Shown in pieces: positions 24,079 through 37,399 of a DNA stretch of 64,000 bases (positions are counted from its first letter, which is position 1; each line of letters opens with the position of its first letter). Source of the DNA: Felis catus (Eukaryota). Both the position numbers and the translations under genes were made by a program. The notes under the pieces were generated by a model. It saw only the letters and a program-made list of their open reading frames with translations, did no database searches and was not told where the DNA came from. The stretch lies in NCBI RefSeq assembly GCF_018350175.1, contig NC_058368.1, forward strand, positions 173,788,001 through 173,852,000, written 5' to 3'.

Positions 24079-25467
24079 GGTTTTTAAAATAGTAAAATCA
24101 CAGGTAGAATTGAAATGTTTTTGCCCTTTCATTTCTAATATTGGAATGAATGAAGAATAATTTTTGATGAGGTTAATGACTAATTGTATGAATGACATAG
24201 TTTCAAGGGATTTTCTGCCGGGGACTACTAGGTGGCACTTAATAGTGCTTTGTGATCTATGAAGCACTTGGATTCACTTAGTCTTTGTATTAATCCTTGG
24301 AGGTAGATACTGTTCTCCATATTTTATAAATGAAGAGACTGAGGCCCAAGGTCATATATGTAACCAGTCACAGTACTAGAACTCAAAATCTCCTGATTCC
24401 CTATTTCCCGGTGTTTTCCCCCCCATATTCCAAAGTTGTCTGGGAATCTGGTTCCTTAAGGGATCATAAGAGGATCATGATGCACAGTATATGGTACTGG
24501 TGGCTTGTGGGTAAGGATATAGGACATTGTGGACTGTTTGCGTTTTGCAGTGAGCATCCCAGATGATTCTTTGCACCCTGAGTTTAGAAACCACTGCTGT
24601 AGGGCATCAGGGTTGGGTTGGTGGCTCATTTAATCTCTCAGACAAGGCAGATAATTCTGGAGAGGGGCACTGTCCGTCTTTGAGAACTTTCCAGGATAGG
24701 TGTCAGTCAGAATTCCAGTTGAGCATTTTTTCCAGTTGGCTGGCCCATTTTCTGCATCTTGGCCACAGGAGTAGAACGTGAGGATGGCTGACATGCCAGC
24801 TTACATAAATTGACATGTTGAGTGTGGGAGAACATTTAGACATGCTCATTTGTTTGGAATGTAGCTTGGGCTTGCTAGATAATGGCGCACAGAGACCGTG
24901 GTGGTGGAGCGGGCCTTGATCTAGAAGAACTGAAAAGTAGACTTGTCTCTCCCCTCTGAGACGGCTAGTCTGCATGTTAGGAACCCAGAGTGGCTTTCCC
25001 CAGTGAAGGGAAAGGGGCAGGCTCCACGTAAAAGCATTTAGCTGGAGAGGAGTAGCGTGCCTGAGTCTTGGCTTTGAGACACCGGGAATGGCAGGGCTTG
25101 TACCTGGTAGGAGAAGCAGCATGAGTGTTCAAGGGCCTCCTTAAAAGGCCGAAAAGGCCTATAGCTTGTGTTCTGGTTTTTCACTTGCTGGCAAGTGGGA
25201 AAATTATTTCTCTGAAAGCAAAAGCTCTATTGTGGTATTTAATACAGAACTATTTGAGATATGTTGTAGAATGAATACATTCTCCTAAAGATGGAATTCT
25301 GTCTAGTACGGCAAAATCAACTATCTGTTCTATAATCAAAATTATTCTACCTATTAATGTTTTCCTTTTGCCTGAGGTTAAAGTGTGAACCAAGTTATTT
25401 ATACGCAAACTAGCTGTTTTGTATTTGCTGTCATTTAAAAAAAGTCCCTTCTCACCCATCTGAACAG

Positions 25468-25574
25468 AAATTAAAGCTACAGAGTGGAGAGATAACAAGA
25501 GAAGAGAAGCAGCCGGCCTCAGCCCAGTCCACCCCCAGCAGCACCCCGCACTCCTCCCCTAAGCAGAAGTCCAG
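25468..25574 (+). CDS. KIAA1191: KIAA1191 coding exon 5: KLKLQSGEITREEKQPASAQSTPSSTPHSSPKQKSR
   Basis: catctgaacag| acceptor, CAG|gtgagc donor, 107 nt. Confidence 0.96.
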
Positions 25575-25765
25575 GTGAGCCCTTGCTGGGAGCCTTTCGT
25601 GCTGCATCGTGCTTCCAGGAAGCTGGTGCTGCATGTGAAATTGGAGCTTAAGCCTGTGGTTTCAGAGGGAGCCGGGGGAGCTGACAGTTCTAGTCTTTTG
25701 GCATGAGGCGCTTCTAGAGGTGTCAGAAGGGGATATGAGGATATGCTTTATTCTTTCTCTTCCAG

Positions 25766-25908
25766 AGGCTGGTTCACTTCTGGCTCTTCCGCAGCCTTAC
25801 CTGGCCCAAATCCTGGCCCCATGGATTCTGCAAGTGGGGACAAGGACAGAAACTTGGCAGATAAATGGAGCCTCTTTGGACCAAGATCCCTCCAGAAGTC
25901 TGATTCAG
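25766..25908 (+). CDS. KIAA1191: KIAA1191 coding exon 6: GWFTSGSSAALPGPNPGPMDSASGDKDRNLADKWSLFGPRSLQKSDS
   Basis: tttctcttccag| acceptor, CAG|gtaagg donor, 143 nt. Confidence 0.96.
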
Positions 25909-26040
25909 GTAAGGCAGCTCCTTCAAAAAAAACCAAAAACCAAAAACAAACAAAAAAAACCATGTGGATGGCATTTTACCATGTATATTGGGAGCTGCTA
26001 CTAATTTTGAAATAATTTACTTTTTGGTTTACTTCCATAG

Positions 26041-26249
26041 GAGGTTTTGCCACCCAGGCTTACAGAGGAGCCCAGAAACCTTCTCCGATGGAACTGATCC
26101 GTGCCCAGGCCACCCGCATGGCTGAAGATCCAGCAACCTTCAAGCCACCCAAGATGGACATCCCAGTGGTGGAAGGGAAGAAACAACCGCCACGGACCCA
26201 CAATCTCAAACCCCGTGACTTAAATGTGCTCACACCCACTGGCTTCTAG
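26041..26249 (+). CDS. KIAA1191: KIAA1191 last coding exon: GGFATQAYRGAQKPSPMELIRAQ...LKPRDLNVLTPTGF*
   Basis: acttccatag| acceptor; TAG 26247-26249; all coding exons sum to 918 nt = 305 aa + stop. Confidence 0.96.
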
Positions 26250-27462
26250 AGCTCTTTGTATTCCAGGGACTCTGGATAGAGGATATCTTGTATCCAATTC
26301 TCTTTTTACCTTGGCTTTGACATAGGAAAGGTTTCTTTTTTTTTTTTTTTTTTAACCTCTTAAACCGAGGCTAGAGCTGGAGATATAATTGGGTTTTGAG
26401 GAATGTTAGTGTTAGTGCAAAGCTTATCCTTGTGTGGAAGAAGCCATTTTGTATGGTTTAAAGTTAAATCCCAGCAGTGATGTATGGGGGACCTCATTAC
26501 CCATTTTTGTATCATTTACTTAGACAAGAACTTTGATCACTGCTTACTAGGTAAATAATGTTTGTGTTGGTCCAGAACTGAGGCTTCTTGATGTCTTTAC
26601 CACTATCAACACGTGTGCATGGAGAAACCATGAAATAGATGTGTTCACGAGCTAGTTTAGACTTTGGCCCTCTTGACTAGTGTACTTCTGTATGTTCCAG
26701 CCTTGTCCGTGGGGCACCTGAGATCTATTTGAGCCGGACTCGGCAGGGACCCCTCTCCCTATGCTGAAACCGGAGCGTCCTTGCCTTTCGGTAGGCCTTA
26801 CGGATCATGTCATCTTGCAGCCACTCATCGCCGGAGCGCCTCTTTGGCCAGTGCTGTTGGAGGGATGCTTCTCTTATGTGTCACAGAGCAAACACTAGTC
26901 TTGCATATCCTTTTTTGCGCTTTGAAAATGAGAGTAACTCACAATTCGGTTGAAAACTTCCTAAGGGAGGAAATTTAGTGTACTGGTTTGGTATAGATAA
27001 ATGGATGTTAAACTTTTTTAGTATGGAAGGTGGTACCTACATTTAGATTATAGTCATTGAGGTTCATGTGAAACCAGTGTCACCCTATTTTGAATTTTTT
27101 TTTTTCCATTTTGATTTTCTTGTTCAGGCGAAGCATAAAACTTTTTTTTTTTTCTGGGAGGTAGAAGAATTTAAAAATTTTCTATATGAAATCATTGTCC
27201 CCCACAAAGAGCTGCATACTTTTATAAATATGTAAGTTACTGAGGAACATTTATTTTTCCTCTCACCATGTATATGTTCAGTCATTGTTCTAAACACAGT
27301 CTCAAATTCCCACTGTTTTGTTTTATTTTGGATAGTGTCCTGTCTACATAAGGACCTTGGGCTGACCTTTCCATAGAGAAGCCCTGGAGTCTAAAATGAT
27401 CAGAATAATTAATTTATTTGTGTCTTCTGTTCTGTATGCTTGTATTTCTTATTTGTTTTGAC

Positions 27463-27468
27463 AATAAA
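27463..27468 (+). terminator. KIAA1191 polyadenylation signal
   Basis: AATAAA with upstream TGTA elements and a downstream T/GT-rich tract (~27500-27530). Confidence 0.8.
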
Positions 27469-27609
27469 AATCCTTAGTGCTTTCTCAAACGTGGATAGCT
27501 TTTTTTTGGGGTTTTTTTGGTCCTTTTGAGAGTTGTTATTACATTCTGCCTACTCGCAGTCATAGAACCTAAGCATGGTAAACTTGGTATTTTGAAAAAC
27601 CAGTGCCTT

Positions 27610-27615
27610 TTTATT
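27610..27615 (-). terminator. SIMC1 distal polyadenylation signal
   Basis: tttatt on + = AATAAA on -. Confidence 0.65.
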
Positions 27616-27943
27616 GTATCCTCTTAACATCAAATTATTTGTAACACATTCAATCCTTTTGTTTCTGCCTCCCCCCCCCCCCCCCCCAATACATTAGATC
27701 TTAACAGACTGGCCACAAAGTCAAATTCATAGGCAACATAACAGCTCTAAAATAGGATGTTTGTGTTCCATCAGGGAGAAATGAGTAGATCTTTCTCTTT
27801 CGAAACAGGTTATCAGTACCTTGAATGACATACGTTGATGTCCAGAATTTGTTCAGCAGAGGGATTCTTTTTTCACATATTGAGTGGAAATGGTAAACAC
27901 ATAGTGCATATAGTATTACCTGTTTCAAAAAAGGTATAAATAA

Positions 27944-27949
27944 TTTATT
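27944..27949 (-). terminator. SIMC1 proximal polyadenylation signal (candidate)
   Basis: AATAAA on -, preceded by TGTATATA and followed by a U-rich tract. Confidence 0.5.
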
Positions 27950-28174
27950 AAAAATATATACACCTTGTATATTTAAGCCATATTTGAGAACAGGCTAGGA
28001 TAGAATATCAAAAAAAGATATTTACTAAAGAGTTAGAAAGTCATTATAACCTACAGATAAATAGATAGGTTTGGTCCTCTAAGATTTTTAACTACTTCAG
28101 ATACTTTTAGAACTTCCAAGTAGTTGAAGATAGAGTTCGGGAGGTATTCTTGGTGTTCAGTGCTTAGAAGGACC

Positions 28175-28996
<822 letters not shown>

Positions 28997-29669
28997 TACA
29001 TGAAGAATTATGATGGTGCAACTTACTCTCAAGTATTTAGGTGGATCAACAGATAAACCAAATGTGGCAAAATGTTAATAGCTACTAAATCAACATAAAA
29101 GGTGAAAATGGGTGTTCATTGAACCTCTCAACCCTTCTGTAGGTCCAAAAATAAAAACATTAGGGAAAAGTAAAAGAGGTTATAAAGGTGGGTCATCCCA
29201 ATGCACAGATCAGCCCCAACAGGATTCTGGAAGCCCGTGGAGCTCAGGCAAAGCAGCACAGGTCAGGCTAAGGCAAATGGACCGAAGAGAGCTCCGAGGA
29301 CTTGCGGACTCCCAGATGCACCAGTGTGCACTAACTAGAGCATCATTTTCTCGATCTCATTTGTGAAAAGGGGATAATGGCACCTCTGCCAGCAGGGTTA
29401 TTAGGACCGAACTACCTTGTACCCAGAAGTTTGGGAAACACAGAATAAACTTATTTTTAAGCAACGTATTAGGTTACATTTTCAAATAATATGCTCAATA
29501 TGTTTCTCCTCAACCTTCAGATAACTTTCCAGGTAAAGTCCCTCTAAACTTACGGCACTAGGCCTAACTGTAATATGAAAAGAAAGTACAACAAATACAC
29601 TACGGAGTGTTCAAAATGATAACACAGGAAACAAAACTGCCTTGAGGTGTCATTTCAGGGCCCTTTCAG

Positions 29670-31740
29670 CATTCAATCAACAATTCCAGCAAGCACCTAC
29701 TATGCATCTCAAACTGGGCTAGTTTCCAGGGATACAGTGGAATTAGACCTGGGCCCAGGCCCACAGACTGGCATTCTACTTGCAGAGAGCCTGACAGTAA
29801 ACCAGCCGTCAAGAACAACTATAGTTTTGGTGAGTACAATCAGAGAAATAAATCAGATGCTGTGATAGTGGCACTGGGGGAACGAGGGAAGCAGCCCACT
29901 CTAGTCAGGGAGGGCCTCTTAGCTGAGTCCTGAAGGGTGAGAAGGAGGCAACTGCAAAGGCCTAGGGGAAAAGCAATTCAGGTATTGAGAATAGGAGCTG
30001 TAAATGCCCCGAGGCAGGACAAAGCTTGTTCTGAGAACTAGAGGTAAAATCTGGGTAGTAAGGGAGAGTGGTAAAAGATGAGACTGGAAGGCAGTCTGGA
30101 CCACAGAACAATGTGGAGTTTGGCCTTGAAGAGCAAATGGAAGTATCTGGAGGGTTGTAAGCCAGGGAATGTCCTCCATTTTATTCTGCTACTGGTGGAG
30201 AATGGTTGTAGGGGGGCAAAAGCCTTTTAGTAAAATGTGGTTTTCTTAAGGCATGTGCTACTCTGAAAAATACGAAAGTGATTTGGAAAAAATGGAAAGA
30301 ACTGGCTGAACAGAGGGGGGGAGAGGGAAGACTTGGGGTGGGAAGAAGAGTTTGGAGTTCATTAAGGTAATACAGCACATTCAAAGAAGCAAATGTTAGC
30401 TGTTTCCATCCAAACACTGTCCAAGGGGGAGGAGCTCTCAGCCAGTGGACTTCGGCCATTCTGGTCCAGTTGGCAAAGGCCTTGGATTTTATGCTTCAGT
30501 AAGCATGCTTTAGTAAGTCTTACATCAGAGGCTGCTGGGATTACTGTGTGAGGTGATTTATGTAATGGGTTCAGCACAATACCTTACTCAAGATATTTTG
30601 GCTGGTGGTATTATTATTATTAGTTCCTGGATCAGGTTACTAGGGTTAACTATTATTATTTTATCATCATCCTCCTCCTCACCCTCATTATCGCCATCAC
30701 TACAGGAATCTCCAACCTAACAGTCACACTGAGCTTTTTATCTTCTTTACAGATCTTTCTCCATTTATCTCCATGTCAGTAATGGCAGAACCCTGGAGTC
30801 AGCCTTCAGACTCAGTCACCCAAGCCCTGTCAAACCGATCTTCAAAGTGCTTCTGTTCCATCCACTGCCTTCCCTGCTGTACCACCCACGTCCCCGCCAC
30901 CATGACCCCTTCCGGGACCTGCCTGGTCCTCCACCAAACTACTTGCCACACATCAGGCGGAACAATCTTATGCAAAACCACTTTGATGGCTTCTCTTCAC
31001 TCTTGGAATCAGCTGACATTCCTTAGCATGGCCCAGAAGGCCCTTTGTGTCCTCTCTACCACTCTAGTCTCATCTCGTGCTATTCTCCCCTGGCTCTCTA
31101 CATTCCAGTCTCTTTTTTTTTTTTTTTTTTTTTTTTTAACGTTTATTTATTTTTCAGACAGAGAGAGAGCATGAACGGGGGAGGCTCAGAGAGAGAGAGG
31201 GAGACACAGAATCTGAAACAGGCTCCAGGCTCCGAGCTGTCAGCACAGAGCCTGATGCGGGGCTTGAACTCACGAACCGCGAGATCATGACCCGAGCCGA
31301 AGTCAGACGCTTAACCGACTGAGCCACCCAGGCGCCCCTCTACATTCCAGTCTTACTAGTGTGTTCTGTGTTCCTTGGACTCACTAAGCAACCTCTTGCC
31401 TCAGGGCCCTTAGACGTGCTATTTTTTTTTTTTTTTTTTTCTGGAAAACTTTGCCTCATTTGCCTGCTAACACCAGTACTTCTTATCTCAGCTGAAGTAT
31501 CAGGGAAGCCTTTGTGGGTCCCTCCAAAAATAGATGTACTTCTCTTTTCCTTCAGAGCACTTATGTTAATTGTAATTATATGTTACTTGTGTGAATATTT
31601 GCGTAGGATCAAATCTTTTCACTAGACAGTAAGCTCTGTGAGGGCAAAGGCCATGTCGGTCTTATTCACTGAAGTATTCCCAATGAGCCAGGCACACAGG
31701 AGGCATTTCGTAAATATCTGTTGCCTGCATGAATATATGA
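29670..31740. mobile_element. L2/MIR relics (L2-like 29670-30360 and 30760-31740) with a young SINE at 31112-31338 (-)
   Basis: L2-type 3' end (tagacagtaagctctgtgagggca...ggcacacaggaggcatttcgtaaatatctgttg); SINE TSD tctacattccagtct at 31097-31111 and 31339-31353. Confidence 0.65.
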
Positions 31741-32889
31741 ATTGAACTGATCTTGCCTGCATCTGCTTTTCTCCCCTCTTTGGACAGGGCTCCTTGTGGG
31801 AAGGCTGTGTGTGTCTCTCTCCTCAGAATGAACTGGGATCTGACTTCTGCGGGCCATCCTGTCCAGGATGTGTCCAGCCGAGTGGAATTCAGAAAAGCAT
31901 GTGTTTTTCTTCCTTTAAATACTGTATGTTTAAATTCCTAGCATTCCTAGCTTCAAAATAAGAGGTATAAACTATTCACAAGTGTCAGGAAAACTCATGG
32001 CATAAAGCAATTTGTAATTGTGCTGAGGCTCAAACTTGAGCTGCATGGCTGTGTAAGTGGGGGTGTGGTGGGACTGGTTCTCTTAGCCAGACAATGTGAG
32101 CTCATCTGGCAGACCAGCATCTCAGTGGGGCTGTTCTGCCTTGAAATATTTACAAAGTGTGAGGCTTCAGGATATACTTCTCCCCAAGGTCAAGGGTTTG
32201 TACAAAAGTAATTTAACTATGTACAGACAGTTTAGAAAAATGGGGGCTGGAAATTCCTTAGAATCTCACCCAGTGATTTCACAGAATAATTCCTTCCAGT
32301 GTGTTTTCACTGCACACAGACTGGGCGATAGACCTTTGAATCCTGGCTCTGCACCTTAATTTTCTCTCAGCCTTTGTTTCCCCATCTATAAAAAGGGCAT
32401 GATACTCTTCTTTACCAGGTTATTGGATTATATAAGCCAGTCTGTGTGAATTTACTAGTCTTCCTTCTTCTCTTCTCCCATGCTAAGATGTTCCCCTAAA
32501 CAAGGGGCAAGCTCCCCAACCTCTTCCCTTCTTCTCCTATCCATGGAGCTGGACAGCTCAGGCTGACCAAAATGCCCTCAACATCGTCCTCAGACACTTG
32601 CAGAGGGTAGAGATGATTAAGGAGCCCTCACAGGAAAAAGCCTCCCGACAATGATACCGAACATTTCAGGGTACCATTTAGCTGTCTTCTTTGGAGAACA
32701 TTGTTTCTAAACTATTGGTTCTAAATATTTTTTTCTCCTTAACTCTTGGTCTCCAAAGAAAGTGGAAAGAATGTTAAGGATAAAATAGCCCTGGAATACT
32801 CCATTTATTTTTGATCAATATACACTGGTCTAAGGCTTTCCTCTCCTTTCTTAGAAGCAGAAGAATATTCTGTAATGAAAATAGATTCC

Positions 32890-33062
32890 TTGGATGGGAG
32901 ATGGGCTAGAGGGGTGATGGGTACTAAGGAGGGCACTTGTGATGAGCACTGGGTGTTGTAGGTAAGTGATGCAGCACTGAATTCTACTCCTGAAACCAAA
33001 ATTGCACTGTATGTAAACTAACTAAAATTAAAACAAAAAACCAAAAAAACCAAAAAAACAAA
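32890..33062 (+). mobile_element. Short L1 3'-end fragment
   Basis: ggggtgatgggtactaaggagggcacttgtgatgagcactgggtgttgta plus A-rich tail. Confidence 0.82.
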
Positions 33063-33849
33063 CCTAACAAAATGGATCCCATGTCCATCTTAAGTCACTA
33101 TTGCCCAAGGCCTAGCTGTATTCCCTGAGAAGCAGAACAGAAGTGAACAAGCATGTTAAAGGTGAACTTGAAATCAACCCAAGCTGCTTTAATATTAAAC
33201 TTTCTGCTTGATCTCCAAAAGAACAATTATGTAAACCTTGATGAGGCTAAGTACACATGGAATTTGCCTTTGGGGCTTTGTCCTGAGAAGGACGGGCACC
33301 TTTCTTTGAGGTGCTCAATAATGCACAAACTACACAACTACAAATGTCAAGGCCTTAACAATGCACTTTTAAGTTTTAGTTACAAGAGCCTGAAACACAG
33401 AAGACCTTGCAGCCTGCTCCTGGCTGGGCAAACAGGCTGAGAGTCAACGAACATTGACTGTGGGCTTACTATTTTTTCTCACACCTATTAACAATCAGTG
33501 TTGAAAAGTTATGTATTACCATCCCCATTCCATAGAAGGAAGAAAATGAGGTCTAGAGACATAAAGTTAGCAGAGTAAGTAGCGGAGTTGGGATTCAAAT
33601 CCAGACCTTCTGTCTTAAATTCAGTGCTGTTTTTTTATTTCTCTACAACAGTTTCCTCAGTTCCAGGCCTGAGAGGGTATAAGGACTAATTGTACCTTCC
33701 CAAGTGCCATTACTGAGCTAAGATCAATCTCAACATGATCATGGCAAGTAAATATAAAATTTGTATTACATGTAAATTTATATATTTGCGTATATTTACA
33801 TATGAATATATACTTTCCCTCCTGTTTGAGAATAAGTTGAACATTATGC

Positions 33850-34760
33850 ATTTCTACCCTTCAGTACTTCAGTCTGGATTTCCTAAGACCTAGGACATTT
33901 ACTTTCATAAGCCAGGATCATTATCAAAAATAGGAAGTTTAATATTAATATAATGTTATCACATAATCTATTTACATTTCACCAATTGTCCCAATAATGT
34001 ACTTTATAGCTTCTTTTTTCCTTGTTCAGGATCCAATCCAGGATCATGCTTTGCATTTAGTATTAATCTGGATTAATTTCTAATCTGGAAGTTTCTTGGT
34101 CTTTGTTTTTAAGACATTGGCACTTTATTTATTTATTTATTTAATTTTTTAATTTTAGAGAGAGAGAGAAAGTATGAGTCAGGGAGAGATGGAGAGGGGC
34201 AGACAGAGAGAGAGAGAGCAAGAGAATCTTAAGCAGGCTCCATGCTCAGCACAGAGGGGCTCAATCCTATGACCCTGGGATCATGACATTAGCTGAAATC
34301 AAGAGTTGGATGCTCAACCTGCTGAAATACCCAGGTGCCCCAAGACATTGGCATTTTTAAGGAGTATAAGCCAATTATTTTATAAAAGGTCCCTCAGTGT
34401 GAGTTTGTCTGGTGCTTCCATGTGATTAGACTCAGGTCATGGATTTTTGGCAAGAACACTACATAAGTGATGAGGTGTTTTTCTCAGGGCATCATATTAA
34501 GAAATGTGTTTTCTTGGGGTGCCTGGGTGGCTCAGTCGGTTGAGCGTCCGACTTCGGCTCAGGTCACGATCTCGCCGTCTGTGAGTTTGAGCCCCGCGTC
34601 GGGCTCAGTGCTGACAGCTTGTAGCCTGGAGCCTGCTTCGGATTGTGTCTCCCTCTCTCTCTGTCCCTCCCCTGCTCATGCTCTGTCTCTCTCTCTCTCT
34701 CTCTCTCTCTGTCAAAAATAAACATTAAAAAAAATTTAAAAAAAATGTGCTTTCTCCTCT
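33850..34760. mobile_element. Old L1M relic with two head-to-head CAN-SINEs (34125-34341 -, 34516-34745 +)
   Basis: L1MC/ME 3' motifs; SINE TSD aagacattggca. Confidence 0.75.
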
Positions 34761-35389
34761 AAACAGTTACTATCTTTCCTTTTGGAATTAATGATATCAG
34801 TTTTCCCAGGGGCCTTATTAGTCTTTGGCCAATAAAATCATTCTCATTCGAAGGAGCTATTAATTATTTTCCTTGTTGATATTTGCCTCTTGAGCGTTAA
34901 TTAGTCTGACTCTCCTGGATCCTCATTGATCACTGGCTTTGCCAGGGCCTTGAGCAAACCTATGTTCGCAGACTTTAGAGTGTCTTAGCAATTTCTGCAA
35001 GATGTATGCTTTTAGCTTGCCACTGATTTGCTCTGGATTTGCATCATACTGACAGATGCTTACAATGTCCGCAGTCAATGAGCAAATGACCCAACAAAGA
35101 CTTTCCAGTGACAGGCTAGGGTAAGATGCCAGGGCTAATCAGATCATTCCGAAATATTTCTCATGTTATAATGACATCTGCTTACCTATACAACCTAACA
35201 ACTGCAATGGCCACTGGATTATCTGCCATTACAAAAATACGTGAATTCTTTTGACTCACAGCGGTGATTCCAACGATGTCATTCCTTCTTCCTTATAGTT
35301 ACAACCAAGGCACAATGCTTTACTTAGGCTAACAAATTAGAATCACCTATTAACTTCAATTCATAATAATGACCATTGTGAGGCTCCTA

Positions 35390-35545
<156 letters not shown>

Positions 35546-35560
35546 TCAGTTAGAAGCTCA

Positions 35561-35788
<228 letters not shown>

Positions 35789-37399
35789 TTAACCATCACA
35801 ACTATCACTTCAAGGAACACATACCACAATTCCCCCTGGAAGTGCTAACGTTTGTCCTGAAGCAGAGACGGCTAAGAAGGAATACGACAGGGGCCTACAA
35901 AATCACAAAGCTTGCGGACAGGGCAGAGGGGGGTTTGTTCATGAATTAACCACTGCCAGAAAGAGGGAAAAGTCTTTGACGTTTGGAAAAGATAAGTTGA
36001 GGACAAATGAAAAAGGGTAACTTCATACTGTAAGAGAATTCATATGAGATAAATATTTCCGAGTGTCCACAGTGTGCCAGGTACTGTTTGGCCCAGCAAA
36101 GAACATCAAGGTAAATAAAAGAAGGTATTTCTCTCCAAAAGCTGACTGTTGAACAAGGGCGGACGGTACGCGACGGGAACTTAAATATAGCGTGGGGCAA
36201 GCGCATGTGTACGTGAGCTGCCTGCGGTGCTCCAGACACACAAACAGGAGAGAGTATGTTTGGTCTGGGGACTCCGAGTGGCCTTCTAATGGAGGAGGAG
36301 GCATGGGACAATGGTCCAGGAGGAGCAAAGAAGACTCAAGGCAGGAGGACTTTCTCCAGAGAGGAGAAACCTGGACAAAACGAATAAAGTAAAAAATACA
36401 CAGCTGTGGGCAGTGTAGCCTCTTAAATTTCAAGTCCAGGACTTGAGAGTCCCAGAGGGCTCTTGCCCTTGACTCTGTCACTCTACCCAGTGCGGGGCTC
36501 GACCAGCAAGGGTGGGCCCCAGAATATTCAAAGTCTCAGAGAGGGAGGGCTACAAAATGACAAAACTTCCTGCGCTTCAGGAAGGTGAATCAAGCTCATT
36601 GTTCTGAAAGCAATGTCAGCTTCTAGAAGAATGGTATAAATCTCAGATGCATCTGCTCCAAGGTGTTTTCTTAAAGGTTTGTCAGTCCTTGTCAGGTCTG
36701 CCGGTCACAGCAGTTCCGGGGAGCAGATAGCTCATGAGCACATAAGGAGGTGCAGCTGTAAGGAACACGGGTAGCCCTGATCCAAGAGCTCTTTCTCCTG
36801 TAACATCTTGCCCTTTGTAGTTTTGCAACATCTGGAAAAGTAGGGGGTTCTTCGTGCCACTGCCATTTATAAAAAGGATAAAGCACAAAGAGTTTATTAT
36901 TTTAATCTTCTTTTTTCCCTTTCCCTTTGCTTTTGCGTCAGGCACATATACTATTTGTATAAAAGCAAAATAAATATTTTTAACCTTTGCTTCTTACTAT
37001 TCAAAAGTTTAAAAAGTCAACAATAATTTGTGGCTATCCATTTTATCTCTTTAGTGATTTGAAAATCATTGTATATTTTCTCTGACACATTTTCCTGATA
37101 TAAGGAACTCCAAATGATTACATATGCAAGATAGTTCCCAAATTCTTTTTAAAGTCCAATCTGTACTGTGTATTTGCCCTATTTCTTTCACAAGACAGTT
37201 TTCCTATTCAATAACCTTTTATTTCAAACTGTATTTTCTCTTCTAACTTTGTTTCCAGGGCTCGAGGTTGTCCTGGTTTTATAATCCACAGGTGGCAAAC
37301 TCAGAGATACACAAAGGACAAAAAGATCATTTTCATGCATTGGCCAGAGTAGGAAATGGAGGTACAATGATCTATAGCAATTCAAATTTGAATTTCAAA

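Noticed and set aside
25909..26040. In-frame retention of the 132-nt KIAA1191 intron (and the 105-nt SIMC1 intron 35507-35611)
   Set aside because: Both contain in-frame stops (26013-26015; 35558-35560), so no read-through isoform results
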